Assembly: GCF_001194135.2 (NCBI RefSeq)
Contig: NC_069002.1
Coordinates: 26,497,460 to 26,561,459, forward strand
Length of the DNA stretch: 64,000 nt
Source of the DNA: Octopus bimaculoides
Lineage: Eukaryota
Reading direction: 5' to 3'
The notes under the pieces were generated by a model, which did no database searches, was not told where the DNA came from, and was given only the letters and a program-made list of their open reading frames with translations. This document shows, piece after piece, positions 35,764 to 47,971 of this stretch (its first letter is position 1; the number at the start of each line of letters is the position of its first letter). The translations under genes and the position numbers were made by a program.

Positions 35764-37580
35764 NNNNNNNNNNNNNNNNNNNNNNNNNNNNNNNNNNNNN
35801 NNNNNNNNNNNNNNNNNNNNNNNNNNNNNNNNNNNNNNNNNNNNNNNNNNNNNNNNNNNNNNNNNNNNNNNNNNNNNNNNNNNNNNNNNNNNNNNNNNNN
35901 NNNNNNNNNNNNNNNNNNNNNNNNNNNNNNNNNNNNNNNNNNNNNNNNNNNNNNNNNNNNNNNNNNNNNNNNNNNNNNNNNNNNNNNNNNNNNNNNNNNN
36001 NNNNNNNNNNNNNNNNNNNNNNNNNNNNNNNNNNNNNNNNNNNNNNNNNNNNNNNNNNNNNNNNNNNNNNNNNNNNNNNNNNNNNNNNNNNNNNNNNNNN
36101 NNNNNNNNNNNNNNNNNNNNNNNNNNNNNNNNNNNNNNNNNNNNNNNNNNNNNNNNNNNNNNNNNNNNNNNNNNNNNNNNNNNNNNNNNNNNNNNNNNNN
36201 NNNNNNNNNNNNNNNNNNNNNNNNNNNNNNNNNNNNNNNNNNNNNNNNNNNNNNNNNNNNNNNNNNNNNNNNNNNNNNNNNNNNNNNNNNNNNNNNNNNN
36301 NNNNNNNNNNNNNNNNNNNNNNNNNNNNNNNNNNNNNNNNNNNNNNNNNNNNNNNNNNNNNNNNNNNNNNNNNATAAGGGACATCATATGCTGACTCTAA
36401 AGACAATAACATTTTTAGTGGTCATTCAATATTGTCAATTAATCGACTGTTTGAGTAAGGAGGAACCATGAATGCACACAAAATGCATATCAGAAACAGC
36501 TGTAAGTATGTAATGCACTAAATCATAAATTTATAAAGCCCGTTGTTTATGCCGCTTCTTATATGTATATGTGTGTTTGTGTTTGTACATACATGTATAT
36601 GACTCTACATATGGCTAAATATTTGTTACGTTTTTGGTCCCCCCCCCCCAAGATCACAGATAGAACCTGCTTTTTATATTGTGTCCACATACAAGCTTTT
36701 TATCTCTCTGTAGTTTTTTTATATATATTTTTTACATATTTTCATATATTTTTATTGCTTTATATATTTTTACATATTTTTTTCTGTATATTACTGTTCA
36801 CCGTGCATTTTTCTTGTGCATGTGCATATATAGATGTGTATATGAACATATTTGTGCACGTATGGGTATATATACGTGAGTGTGTGTCTGTGTGTGTGCG
36901 GATATCTATATGTATACATGTGTATGGTTGCACATGTATGTGCGTATATAGGTGTGTGTGTGGGTGTGCATGTATGTGTTGCATGTGTTCTTATGTATGC
37001 ATATACATTATATATATATATATAATCTCTCTATCTCTGTCTCTCTCTCTCTGTCTCTCTCTCTGTCTCTCTCTCTCTCTCTCNNNNNNNNNNNNNNNNN
37101 NNNNNNNNNNNNNNNNNNNNNNNNNNNNNNNNNNNNNNNNNNNNNNNNNNNNNNNNNNNNNNNNNNNNNNNNNNNNNNNNNNNTATATATATATATGTGT
37201 GTGAGTGTACGTGTCTGTGTTTGTACGCGTGTGACTGACTACCCACGTGCACATGCACGTGCAAAACACTCGCATACTAATTAAACATTGCATTTTTCGC
37301 GATTCTATGTCAACAAGAAAGATGATCGATATGTGTTATGTTAAATATATGTCACAGTTATGTTATTATTGTAATTGCTACCATTATGGGTATTATTATT
37401 CTTAATGTTATCGTGTATTTTTCCCTTGGTTTTTTTTTTGGGGGGGGGGGGTTCTAGCGTGTCCATTCATACTTTAACATGTTTATTTGTATATATACAA
37501 ACATGTGATTTTTTTTTTGTTTTGTTTTGTTATATTTTTCGTTGGAGATTTCTCTTTAATGGTATTTAGATTTGACTCAC

Positions 37581-37780
37581 TCTGTGTTTCTGGCCGCTCT
37601 TTATGCGCATGACATTAAAGACAATTCTTGTCTGATAAACATCGAAATCCGCACCGAAGCGATCGATATGGACAATCAATAAATATACACCGATTGAACT
37701 CGTATGATCACTGACACCAAGGCCCCATCTCAGAAATATTCTCGACGCTCTCTCTCGTGCTCGTGTTTTATGTGTTTTTC
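37581..37780 (-). other. Candidate first exon of a minus-strand gene (possible start MRIKSGQKHR)
   Basis: Unique CpG-rich sequence ending AGA|GTGAGT (donor at 37580); ATG CGC ATA AAG AGC GGC CAG AAA CAC AGA runs in frame to the donor. The 5' boundary is a guess. Confidence 0.35.
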
Positions 37781-37835
37781 TGCGTGCATAAATATATATA
37801 TATGTGTGTATATATACATATGTATATATATATAG

Positions 37836-37878
<43 letters not shown>

Positions 37879-38459
37879 TATACACACATATAAGTACATA
37901 TATATTTATACGTATACATGTATACATGTATAGGTATATACATGTATGTGTGTATATATATATGTATATATATATGTATATATGTATGTAAGTATATATA
38001 AATATATATGTATGTATATGCATATATTTGTGCGTGTGTTGAGAATTGTATACACGCAGATATCACACACATACACACAGACACAAACACACACTCACGT
38101 AGATTCAGTCCCTCTTCATGTCACCCCCTCTTCCCATCCATCTCACGATATCACTCCTCTGCCTTCTCCTCATTTCATCGTTTCTTATTTTATTCAGTTT
38201 TGCTTTTTGCCACGCCCCTTATCTCTAATATCCCTTTCGTATGAATATAATGAAACCATTTTCTTCTGTAGCTTTTCTCTATGGTGTCTGCTTATGGTTT
38301 TTTTCGTAATCTACTTTTTTAAATGTCTTCAATGACGGGGAAATTGATTTGTGTAAAAAAGAAATGTCTCTGTTTTTCACACGCATTATCGCTGTCGATG
38401 TTGTTTATGGTAAAAGTTATTATTATTATTATTATTATTATTAATATTATTATTATTAT

Positions 38460-38497
<38 letters not shown>

Positions 38498-38508
38498 NNN
38501 NNNNNNNG

Positions 38509-38902
38509 GTGTGGAGGTGCAATAGCCCAGTGGTTAGGAAATCGGACTCGAGGTCATAGGATCGCGGTTTCGATTCCCAGACCGGGCGTTGTGAGTGTTT
38601 ATTGAGCGAAAACACCTAAAGCTTCAGGAGGCACCGTCAGGGGGGGTGGCGAACCCAGCTGTACTCTTTCGCCACAACTTTCTCGCACTCTTACTTCCTG
38701 TTCCCGTTGTGCCTGTATTTGAAAGGGCCAGCCTTGTCACACTGTGTCACGCTGAATAACCCCAGAACTGCGTTAAGGGTACACGTTTCTGTGGAGTGCT
38801 CAACCACTTGCACGTTACTTTCACGAGCAGGCTGTTCCGTTGATCGGATCAACTGGAACCCTCGACGTCGTAAGCGACGGAGTGCCAACAACAACAACAA
38901 CA
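38509..38902 (+). mobile_element. tRNA-headed SINE family F with (CAA)n tail
   Basis: A-box TAGCCCAGTGG, B-box GGTTTCGATTCC, tail GGAACCCTCGACGTCGTAAGCGACGGAGTGCCAACAACAAC; near-identical layout at 48000-48370. Confidence 0.9.
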
Positions 38903-39120
38903 AGTTAAGGTGTTTACGCATGATCCTAAGCTTGTGGTTTCGATTCCTGGAACCGATGACGTGTTGTGTTCTTGAGCAAAACACTTCCATTTACGTGATC
39001 CCGTTCACTCAGCTGGCAAAAGTGAGTAGTCCGGCGTCTCGTTCACGTGAGGAATATATACGTTACGGAAACCGGCAAACCGGCCTTGTGATTCTATATG
39101 ACTCGAGAAGGAACTTTAAT
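38903..39120 (+). mobile_element. SINE family V (5'-truncated head)
   Basis: Aligns to 9955-10187. Confidence 0.75.
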
Positions 39121-40080
39121 CTTATGGCGGTGAACTGACAGAATCGTTAACACGCCGGGCGAAGTCCGAAGCGCTATTTCGTCCGTCTTTACGTTCTGTG
39201 TTCAAGTTCCACCGAGTTCGACTTTGCCTTTCATCCTTTCAGGGTCGATAAATTAAGTACCAGTGAAACACTGGGGTCGATGTAATCCGCTAGATCTCTC
39301 CCACCAAATCTGAGGCCTTGTTCCTTTAGTAGAAACTATTATTGTTGTTGTTGTTGTTGTTGTCCTGGTTGCTGTTATTTTGTTACGACTGTTGCTTTTG
39401 TCGTTAGCATTATGTGTACCATACCTGTAGGTGTCAATATTTTTATGATCACTTTTATATCCATTAATAATGTTGTTTGTTATTGTTATCAGTATCGTTA
39501 TTTTTTACAGTATGCTGTTAAAGATGTTTTTATTGATATGCTCTGTGTTATGTATAATATTGTCTTTATGGTTATAGATATTGTCACTGTTATGTATGGT
39601 TATCATTGTAATTATTTATCATGTATTTTGTTTTGCGGCGACACGTCTATCACTCTTATTGATAGTATCTCTATTATATCACTTATTATTGCTGCCAGTG
39701 TTGTTGTTTTATATATATATATATTATCCTTATTCCCAGTGCTGTCTAATATTATTATTGTTATTATTAATTTCATTGATGAAGGCGGCGAGCTGGCAGA
39801 CTCTTTAGCACGCCAGGCTAAATGCTTAGCAGCATTTCGTCCGTCTTTATGTTCTGAGTTCAAATTCTGCTGAAGTCGGCATTGTCTTTGATTCTTTTGG
39901 AGTTGATAAATTAAGTACCAGTGAAACACTGAGGTCGATGTAATCGACTTCTCTCCTCCCTCCAAATTGCTGGTCTAGTGTCCTTAGTTTAAAGGACTAT
40001 TAATTTCATTGTTGAAGAAGGTGAGCTGGCAGAATCTTTAGCACGCCGGGCAAAATACTTAATGGTATTTCGTCAGTCTT

Positions 40081-40362
40081 GTCAGCTTTGCTTGCGTTCT
40101 GTATGCGGACGCGGAGGATGACATTGTAAACCGGGTGAGCCATTGGAAGGATGGTGTTGAAGTAGAATTCTGGGGTGAAGATGGTGAGACTATGATATGG
40201 CAATTGTTAAATAAAGCACAAATGGAAATAGTTAAAAAGAATTATAAAGGTATTGAGTTATGGAAGGTGATCAAGGACAGAGAGAAATTGCCAAAACAGA
40301 CTTGTTATACCGAACTAAAAAGAGACTTTGGTATTGAACTGCTGGATTTTAGATATATATGA
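40081..40362 (+). CDS. Open C-terminal fragment (93 codons plus stop) of an unrecognised retroelement protein
   Basis: VSFACVLYADAEDDIVNRVSHWKDGVEVEFWGEDGETMIWQLLNKAQMEIVKKNYKGIELWKVIKDREKLPKQTCYTELKRDFGIELLDFRYI*; open from the insertion boundary, no RT/zinc-knuckle motif seen. Confidence 0.55.
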   Translation, partial: VSFACVLYADAEDDIVNRVSHWKDGVEVEFWGEDGETMIWQLLNKAQMEIVKKNYKGIELWKVIKDREKLPKQTCYTELKRDFGIELLDFRYI

Positions 40363-40562
40363 TTGAATGGCAAAACGGTTTTAATGTAACAACTCGACTT
40401 CGGGGATCGAGTGGGCATTCCGCCTCATTATATCATCTTTTTCATGATTCATTCGTTTCTTTTAATTTTCCTTCATTCTTTATGCCTCCGTTTTATAATT
40501 TTAGTTCCCCGATATTGTGTTTGTACCGTCTATGTTGGCCCCTAGTGGGTAATAAAGAAATC
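40081..40562 (+). mobile_element. Young 5'-truncated retroelement (482 bp) inserted in a SINE C head, 17-bp TSD
   Basis: TSD GGTATTTCGTCAGTCTT at 40064-40080 and 40563-40579; ends GCCCCTAGTGGGTAATAAAGAAAT. Confidence 0.9.
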
Positions 40563-42092
40563 GGTATTTCGTCAGTCTTTACGTTCTGAGTTCAAATTCC
40601 GCCGAGGCCGACTCTGCTTTTCGTCCTTTTGATGTTGATAAATTAAGTCCCAGCGAAACACTGGAGTCGATGCAATCGACTTTTCCCATCTTCCAAAGTT
40701 GCAGGCCGTGTGCCTTTGGATTAAAGGACTACTAATTTCATTGTTATGTCTGTTTGAGCTGTTATTGTTGTTGTCATTATCCTTGGCATGCCCCTCATTG
40801 TTGTTCATATTTCCTGTATTATATCTGCTACAGATGTCGTTTATATTGGTTTCAGATTTTGCCACAAGGCCTGCAATTACAGGGGAAAGAAGCAAGTCGA
40901 TTACAACAACACCAATGTCCAACTGGTACTTCTTTTATCGACCCTAGAAAGACGAAAGGTAAATCGACCTCGGCGAAATTTGAACTCAGAATGTAAAAAC
41001 AGACGAAATGCCGCTAAGCATTTTGCTCGGCGTGCTAACGATTCTGCCAGCTCACCGCCTTCAAACGATGATAATAGCCCTTTCTCCTATAGGCAGAAAG
41101 CCTGAACTTATTGGTGAGGGAGCTATTCGATTTCATCGACACCAGTGTGAAACTGGTACTTATTCTATCGACCCTAGAAAGATGGAAAGTAAAGTCGACC
41201 ACGACGGTATTTGAGCTTAGACGGTAAAGACGGACAAAATGCCGCTAAGCATGCTAGATGAAATGCTGGCGTGCTAAAGATTATGCCAGCTCGCCAAGTT
41301 ATCGACCCCGAAGAGATGAAAGAAAAAGTTGAATGCCGCCGGGGTTGAGTTTTTTTTTTTTTATCATTTCGGGATAAATAAATTAAGTCCCTGTTGAGCA
41401 TTGGGAGCGGGATCGATGTAATCGACTTGCACCCTTCTCAAAATTTCGGGCCGTGTGCCAACATTTAAATCCAATGCTGTTACCTTTGTTAAGGTGGCGA
41501 GCTGGCAGAATCGATAAGCACACGGAGCAAATTGCTTAACGACATTTTGTTTGTCTTTACGTTCTGAGTTCAAATGCTATCATGGACAAACTTACCTTTC
41601 CTCTCTTCTGGGGTCGATAAAATACGTTCCAGTTGAATACTGGGATCGTTGTAATCGACTTAGCCTCCGCCCCGAAATTGCTGGCCTTGTGCCAAAATTT
41701 GAGACCAATATTATTATCTGTACTAGGACAGGTAGCCGACAGAATCGTTAGGAAGTCGGAAAATGGTTAACGTCATTTCGCCCGTCTTGTCGTTCTGAGT
41801 TCAAATGCGGCCATGGTCGAGTTTACCTTTCATCTTTTCGGGATAAATATAATAAGTACCAGTTGGATACTGGGGTTCAATGTAATCGACATACTCCTTA
41901 CCGCCTTGTGCCAAAATTCGGAACCAATATTATTGTTATTACTACTATTAGTGTCTGTAGATATAAACGTTCCCGCTGTTATTGTTATTGTCTGCTGTTA
42001 ATACCAATACTAGCATTATCATTATAGTCTGTATTATAACTGATATTGTTGTTATTCTTACTCGCAGTGTTATGTTTCTTTTATTGTTACTC

Positions 42093-42148
<56 letters not shown>

Positions 42149-43779
42149 TTCAAGGTATGTCATTATTGTTGTTATTGTTGTTATGGTCATTGTCTGAACT
42201 TTATCTGATCTCATCACAGTGTTATGTACATTACATTGCTATTATGGCTATTTTCTCTGCATTATAAGTTGTTGTAATTATTTATAGTTCTTATTGCCAA
42301 GAAATAAAACACGCCTTCAATGAACCTCGTTTATATCAATTCTTATTCAATACTCTGATCACCTTGACAACAGTTATTGAAATTACAATACTGAGACCTT
42401 TTGACGAGACAAAATTCAACAATTTACCATGGGCATGGAAGATCTCTGATGCAGAGACACAGATCTGACTCGTCGGGCATTGTTAATTTTCAACAAATTT
42501 GATTATCAGGATGTATGAAAGTCGGGCGTTCAGTCCGGGATCCAGGCTATGTAGTGAATCTGTAAGATAGAGGAATCACATGTGTTCTTTTGCATTGGGA
42601 TTTCAAATCCCACCGAAGTCAACTTGCCTTTCTTCTCTTCCGGATCGATAAAAGTGTGCCAAGATGGGGCAGTAGAGTGGTGGATCTGTGAGCAAAGAAT
42701 TACATGTCGCGTGTTATTTCTCCCGACACTTTTGCATCGTGAGTTAAAATCTAACCGTGCTCAACTTTACCGTTGCACTTTACGGACTCGATAAGAAAAA
42801 GTACTCATCCAGAGCGATGGATTGGAGGAACGGTAAGGAAGCTTTGCATCATTTATTCCGGCCTTTTGCGTTCCGAGTTCGAACCCTCAATGGCCTACCC
42901 GAATGGACAACTTCATCCTTTGCCCAGTTTAATACAACCGCTTGACAGCTTAAATGTCTTTAGGAGAGTATACTGTTTGAACCGGGCCTCAACATTCGGA
43001 GGCCCTGTGTGGCCACTGCCTTCTCCTCTGACTAACAGATAAAAAATTATTTGGATGTTATCCCATCGCCATAGGAATAATTCCCACATATATAGCAATA
43101 AATGGTTCGCAAAGTATATGTTTATATAATAGAAACCGATATAAATGTTGATTGGTTGGTTAGATGAAATCTCCAACCACGCATTACATCGTATAGAAAG
43201 AGAATGAGGGAGACAGTGTAAGAGATATATAGGGGTACGGATGAGTACATATACGACGCTTGATCACAGGCAATGAGTAAATGAAGGCTATGCACAAACA
43301 CAGTGAGAAAGAACCGTAGAGACAAAGTAGGAGGAGGAGGCGGAAGAGGAGAGGGGACTAAATGACAAATTAGTTATGGCAGCAGTTATACAGTGCAAAA
43401 TTTGTTTAATTAAATTTTACTTCGTTGGTCATAAATATTTTTCTTTTCAAAAATTGTTATTTAATTCATCATTTCGTGTAAGTACCAAGAAATTTGATGA
43501 AAATTAAATTACAATCATTTTCTAACATTAGTCATGATGGCAAAAGTATACTTCTAAAATTCAGCGACGTATGACTGTTAAGACATAGGTCTAAATGTGA
43601 AAATATACGAAACTAAGGCTCCAAAACTGCCAGTCCAAAAAGATGCCTTATTAAGGTTACGGCGTTCATCGTTTTCTCAAGCTGTAATCCACATTGTCTT
43701 CTTGACAAAACGACACAGTCTTGCTAAGTACTTTTGTATCCATATCACAAATTGAATGTATTCCTACTAACAACCCCTA

Positions 43780-44380
43780 CTATTATACGCACAAAACCTG
43801 AAATTTGGGGGACGGGGCTAGTCAATTACATCGACAGCTGTACTTAACTGGTAGTTATTTTATCGACGCCGAAAACAAGAAAAGCAATATCGATCGCAGT
43901 GAAATTTAAATTCAGAACGCAACGAGGAACGAAATGCCACTACACGTTCTGTCCGGCGTGCTAGCCATTGTGCTAGCTCACCGCCTTTTATTCCTACTGA
44001 TAATAGATTCTAATTTTGGCACAAAGCCAGTAGTTACGGAGAAGGGTTTAAATCGATTACAATAACCCTAGTGCTCCACTGGTATTTAGTTTATCTCCCC
44101 CGAAAGGATAACAGGGAAAGTTGACCTCGGCGGAGTTTAAACTCAGATCCTAAAGGCACACAAAGTGTCGCCATTTTGTCCGGCGTGCTAACGATGTTGC
44201 TAGCTCGCCGCCTAGTATTCTTACTAACAGTGCTTTCAAATTTTGGCTCAAGGCCAGCATTTTCAGGGGATTAAGTCGATAACGTCAGTGTTTAACTGGT
44301 ACCTATTTCATCTGGCCTGAAAGTAAAGACGGACGAAATGCCACCAAGCATTTTATCCGGATTCTTCCAGCTCGCCACCT
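43780..44380 (-). mobile_element. Three head-to-tail SINE C copies
   Basis: Heads at about 43985, 44212 and 44380 (GCTAGCTCACCGCC, GCTAGCTCGCCGCC, CCAGCTCGCCACC on +). Confidence 0.8.
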
Positions 44381-44508
44381 TATGCTTCTATTAATAATAC
44401 TTTCATATTTCATATTCCATTTTCATACTTTTTTTATATTTCATTATATAAATAATACCACTGAGATTATTTTTCTCGCCAATGGTTTTGCTGTTGTTGC
44501 AGTTGATG

Positions 44509-44545
<37 letters not shown>

Positions 44546-45806
44546 CGATGATGATGCTGATGGTGATTTTTTTTGTTGATTTAATTTTAATTAAAGCCTG
44601 TGAATTTCAATTAACTGTGAATTTCAGAAACCTCTATTTATATTTCTATATCTATGCAACTGTAATTACTTTTACCAAGTAATTACAATTATAATTGTGT
44701 TTCAAGCATAGAAATCTGAAGAAAAAATTTTTTTTAAATAGTTTTAAATTAACAGTAGGGGTGCTAATTATAAAACTTCACTTTCCTTTATGTTTTGTTT
44801 TAAATTTTTATGAATTCATGTTGATTGGGGCTTTAAGTTTTACCTAAGAGTGAATTCAAAATCATAGGTAGAAGCATTTGTTTGAAACGGGAATCCATCA
44901 GATGGTAATTAACTCCTATGCAATCTTCCAACATAAACTGGACCCTCTCTTGATATATTTTCTTTTTGTCCCTAACCCTTACAAGCTTTTAGGGATTTCA
45001 TCAATGGCGCTTTTCACATTTGAATATAAGCAAAATTTTGACCAGGGAGAAAGGCTTACCTATCGTGGATTACCCATTATGGATTACCCATTATGGTTTA
45101 CCCACTGTGGCTCCTTCTGTGACTACTGACTAATTACATTTACATATTTATTGTTGACTGTTGTTTCCAGTCTTAACTGTTCCATCTTTTTGAAGAACAT
45201 TATCATAAGTATTCTGCATCTTTTTTTCTTTAAAAATGTAGAGTATTTGACGGAACTAGGTTGTTGTTTCTAGCATGTTGAACATCAACAAAATGGCTCA
45301 TACTTCAATAGTTACATGTCAAGTATGACATCAATATTTCTAGCCTGTTTCGTTGCAGCCTTTTATGTTCAAAGATCAAATCCTGCCTAGGTCGACTTTA
45401 CCTTTCATCTCTCTCTCTCTCTCCCTCGATAAAATAAAGCACCAGTGAAGTACTTAGATGGTTATAATCAATTCTGTATCCCTGCTACCGTTATGTTTGA
45501 AGAGGCCTTCTATCTATCATATGAATCAATGTGTTTATCGTAAGGATCAATATTTTCTGTTTTGTGAAGGAGACAGGAAAGAAAAGCATTGAAAACAATG
45601 CATTGTAGCATTGGATTTTAACCCTCTTGGTTTCAAGTTCAAATCTTTCAGAGATCATCTATGTCTTGCTACTGTTGTTGTTTGGGCTCTAGGTCCCTTT
45701 TTCATTGAATTGACATAGTCTTATGATCAAAATCATTCCAGCTGTGACCATCCTGTCCTTTTAGCAATATCTAGGAATCTTTCCGTACCTCTGTTTTTTT
45801 ATATAG

Positions 45807-46050
45807 TGGAGGCACGTGGCTTAGTGGTTAGGGTGTTGAGTTCGTGGTTGTAAGATTGTCTTTTTGATCCCTAAGTCAAATCATTTGTTGTGTCCTTGAG
45901 CAAGACACTTCATTTCACATTGCACCAGTTCACTCACCTGTAAAAATGAGTGATCCTGCAAAGGACCAGCATCCCATCCAGGTAGGGAATATATACGCCA
46001 TGGAAATGGGGAACTGGCCCTTATGAATCAGCATAACTCGAGAAGGTTAC
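45807..46050 (+). mobile_element. SINE family V
   Basis: GGAGGCACGTGGCTTAGTGGTTAGGG...CCTTGAGCAAGACACTTCATTTCAC. Confidence 0.8.
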
Positions 46051-46176
46051 ATTTACCTGTACTTTACCTGTCTTTCTATATATCTATCTATTCCCCTCTC
46101 TGTCTCTCTATCTATCCATTTCTCTGCCTCTTTCTATGTAGTTATTCATCTTTCTCTCTTTGTCTCTCTCTCTTAT

Positions 46177-46221
<45 letters not shown>

Positions 46222-47559
46222 ATATATAATATCTATCCATTCCTCTCTCCTTTTCTCTTCAAGTTCCATGCTTGCACGCATCGCTAATCATGGACCTTCG
46301 TTAATGAAGTCTGAAGGTTCATAATTTCTTGACTGGGGAAGGATACTGCAGCGTTATTTTCTGATTATTTTCAAAACTAGTTGAAACAAATGTATTATAT
46401 TTCAATTGAAATATGGTAACAAAGGGTTAAAAAGCAAGAAATTTGGATTGGACAACATTTCAGTACAAGTCCGGAAGAAACATTCTCGCTGTCTTCTGCC
46501 AATTTACAATTTACTCTGCTCATCTCCTCCTCTCCTGAGCTTACTCTTGAAGCCTTGGGCTTATTCAACCTTTAAGTTGAGGACTGGTTCATATGCCCAC
46601 ACACCAATGGGCTGATAGGATACATACCTAGGGGCCAGCCCTCTCCTGGACCTTTATAATTAAGTCATAGGACCATCTTCTGCTGCCTGAACCTTAACTG
46701 GGGTACCTTAATAGGTACTACACCCTAAGCAAGAGCAGACCCAGAAGTAGCAATTAATAAGGATTAACTCCCAAACTATTCAAATCTGTGAACTCCCATG
46801 CTAGAACCTCACCACTTAATACAGTTTAATATCTTGAACACAACCACCTAGGAGTATATTACCCTATGAGTACACTTCTGAAGAAAGTAAGGTGTATTTG
46901 AGGGATTTTGGTTGCTATTTCTACTGGCTCAAGAGACCACATAGAAGCTCCCACATTAATTCATGTCCTTGTTTAAGACAATTTATTATGATCTGGTGGA
47001 GATTTGGTTGTTATTTCCAGCAGATTGATCAGGCCTGTATAAGTTCCCTGTTCAGCCAATCAACTGTATTCTTTTATTGCTTTAGTGTTCAATAAAATTG
47101 ATCAGTAGCAATAGTTCATACAGGTCAATACATTGAGCTATCTCTCTTCTCTTTCAATAACTGACCTTCTTTCCTACCTCAGGAAATAGTATTTCAGACT
47201 TCTTCGCAATATGTCCGCTGTTATTGACTAATATCTCTTACAACACACTTCTTATATTGAATCATACAGAAATATATTGTAGACAGTGCAGCCATCCATG
47301 TTATTGAGTGTCATATGAAACCACTCTGATTCTTTTTCTTTTAATCTGTTTTAGAAAATATTTCACTGTCCCCTTATTTTTTCCAAGGGTGAATATCTTA
47401 TCGACAAGACTTGACAGGGTGGGTAGGATGGGTTGGTCAATATTTTGAATTATTGTCGTTTTCCTTTGCCATTTTGCTTTATTTTATTTCTTTCTTTTTG
47501 TTGTTGTTCTTCTTCTTTTTCTTCTGTTCAAGATCAATAATAATATCTTATAAAAAAGA

Positions 47560-47965
47560 TTGTCTTATTTGTTTCAAGACAGGTTTTGAAATTCTACCGG
47601 TGGCCATTCTTTTGAATCACAAAAATAAGGCAACAGACCATTTTCATGTTGATGCAACTTTCTGAAAAGCATGCATTTCTGAATTTAGTGAAAAATCTTA
47701 CTAAACGCAGTGTTTGATTTACAGAATCTGCTGACCTTTCCATTGAGAGGAAGGTCAGACAGAAGTATTCTACCTCTACTACTTGAAAAAGATTTGTCCC
47801 TTTTGGTTTTTTTCTTTTTTGGATGCTGAAGATATTAACATTGTTTTGATGTTGTGAAACATATTCTTTGTTCCATATCCCTGTGATACAATGGTGTGAA
47901 GCTCTTCTGTGGAGGGAACCATATTTCTTCAAGATTTGTGCTGAAATTTTATCCTGTCCAAATTT
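47560..47965 (-). pseudogene. Old RTE-like reverse-transcriptase N-terminal remnant
   Basis: GQDKISAQILKKYG...HHCITGIWNKEYVSQHQNNVNIFSIQKRK (cf. GPDGIPAEILK.G...LH.LI..IW..E.VPQDWKDANIVTIFKKK), then NSEMHAFQKVAST (cf. ESQCGFR..RST). Confidence 0.55.
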
Positions 47966-47971
47966 CCTGCT

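Larger units (their letters stand above)
39125..42900. mobile_element. Dense cluster of SINE C copies (39125-39340 +, 39782-39990 +, 40015-40735 + interrupted, 40850-41062 -, 41075-41290 -, 41290-41470 +, 41490-41715 +, 41730-41935 +, partial 42590-42660 and 42790-42900 +)
   Basis: Recurrent GGCGAGCTGGCAGAA head, GTTCTGAGTTCAAAT B-box, GTCGATAAATTAAGTACCAG body; separated by (ATT)/(GTT) low-complexity DNA. Confidence 0.85.
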
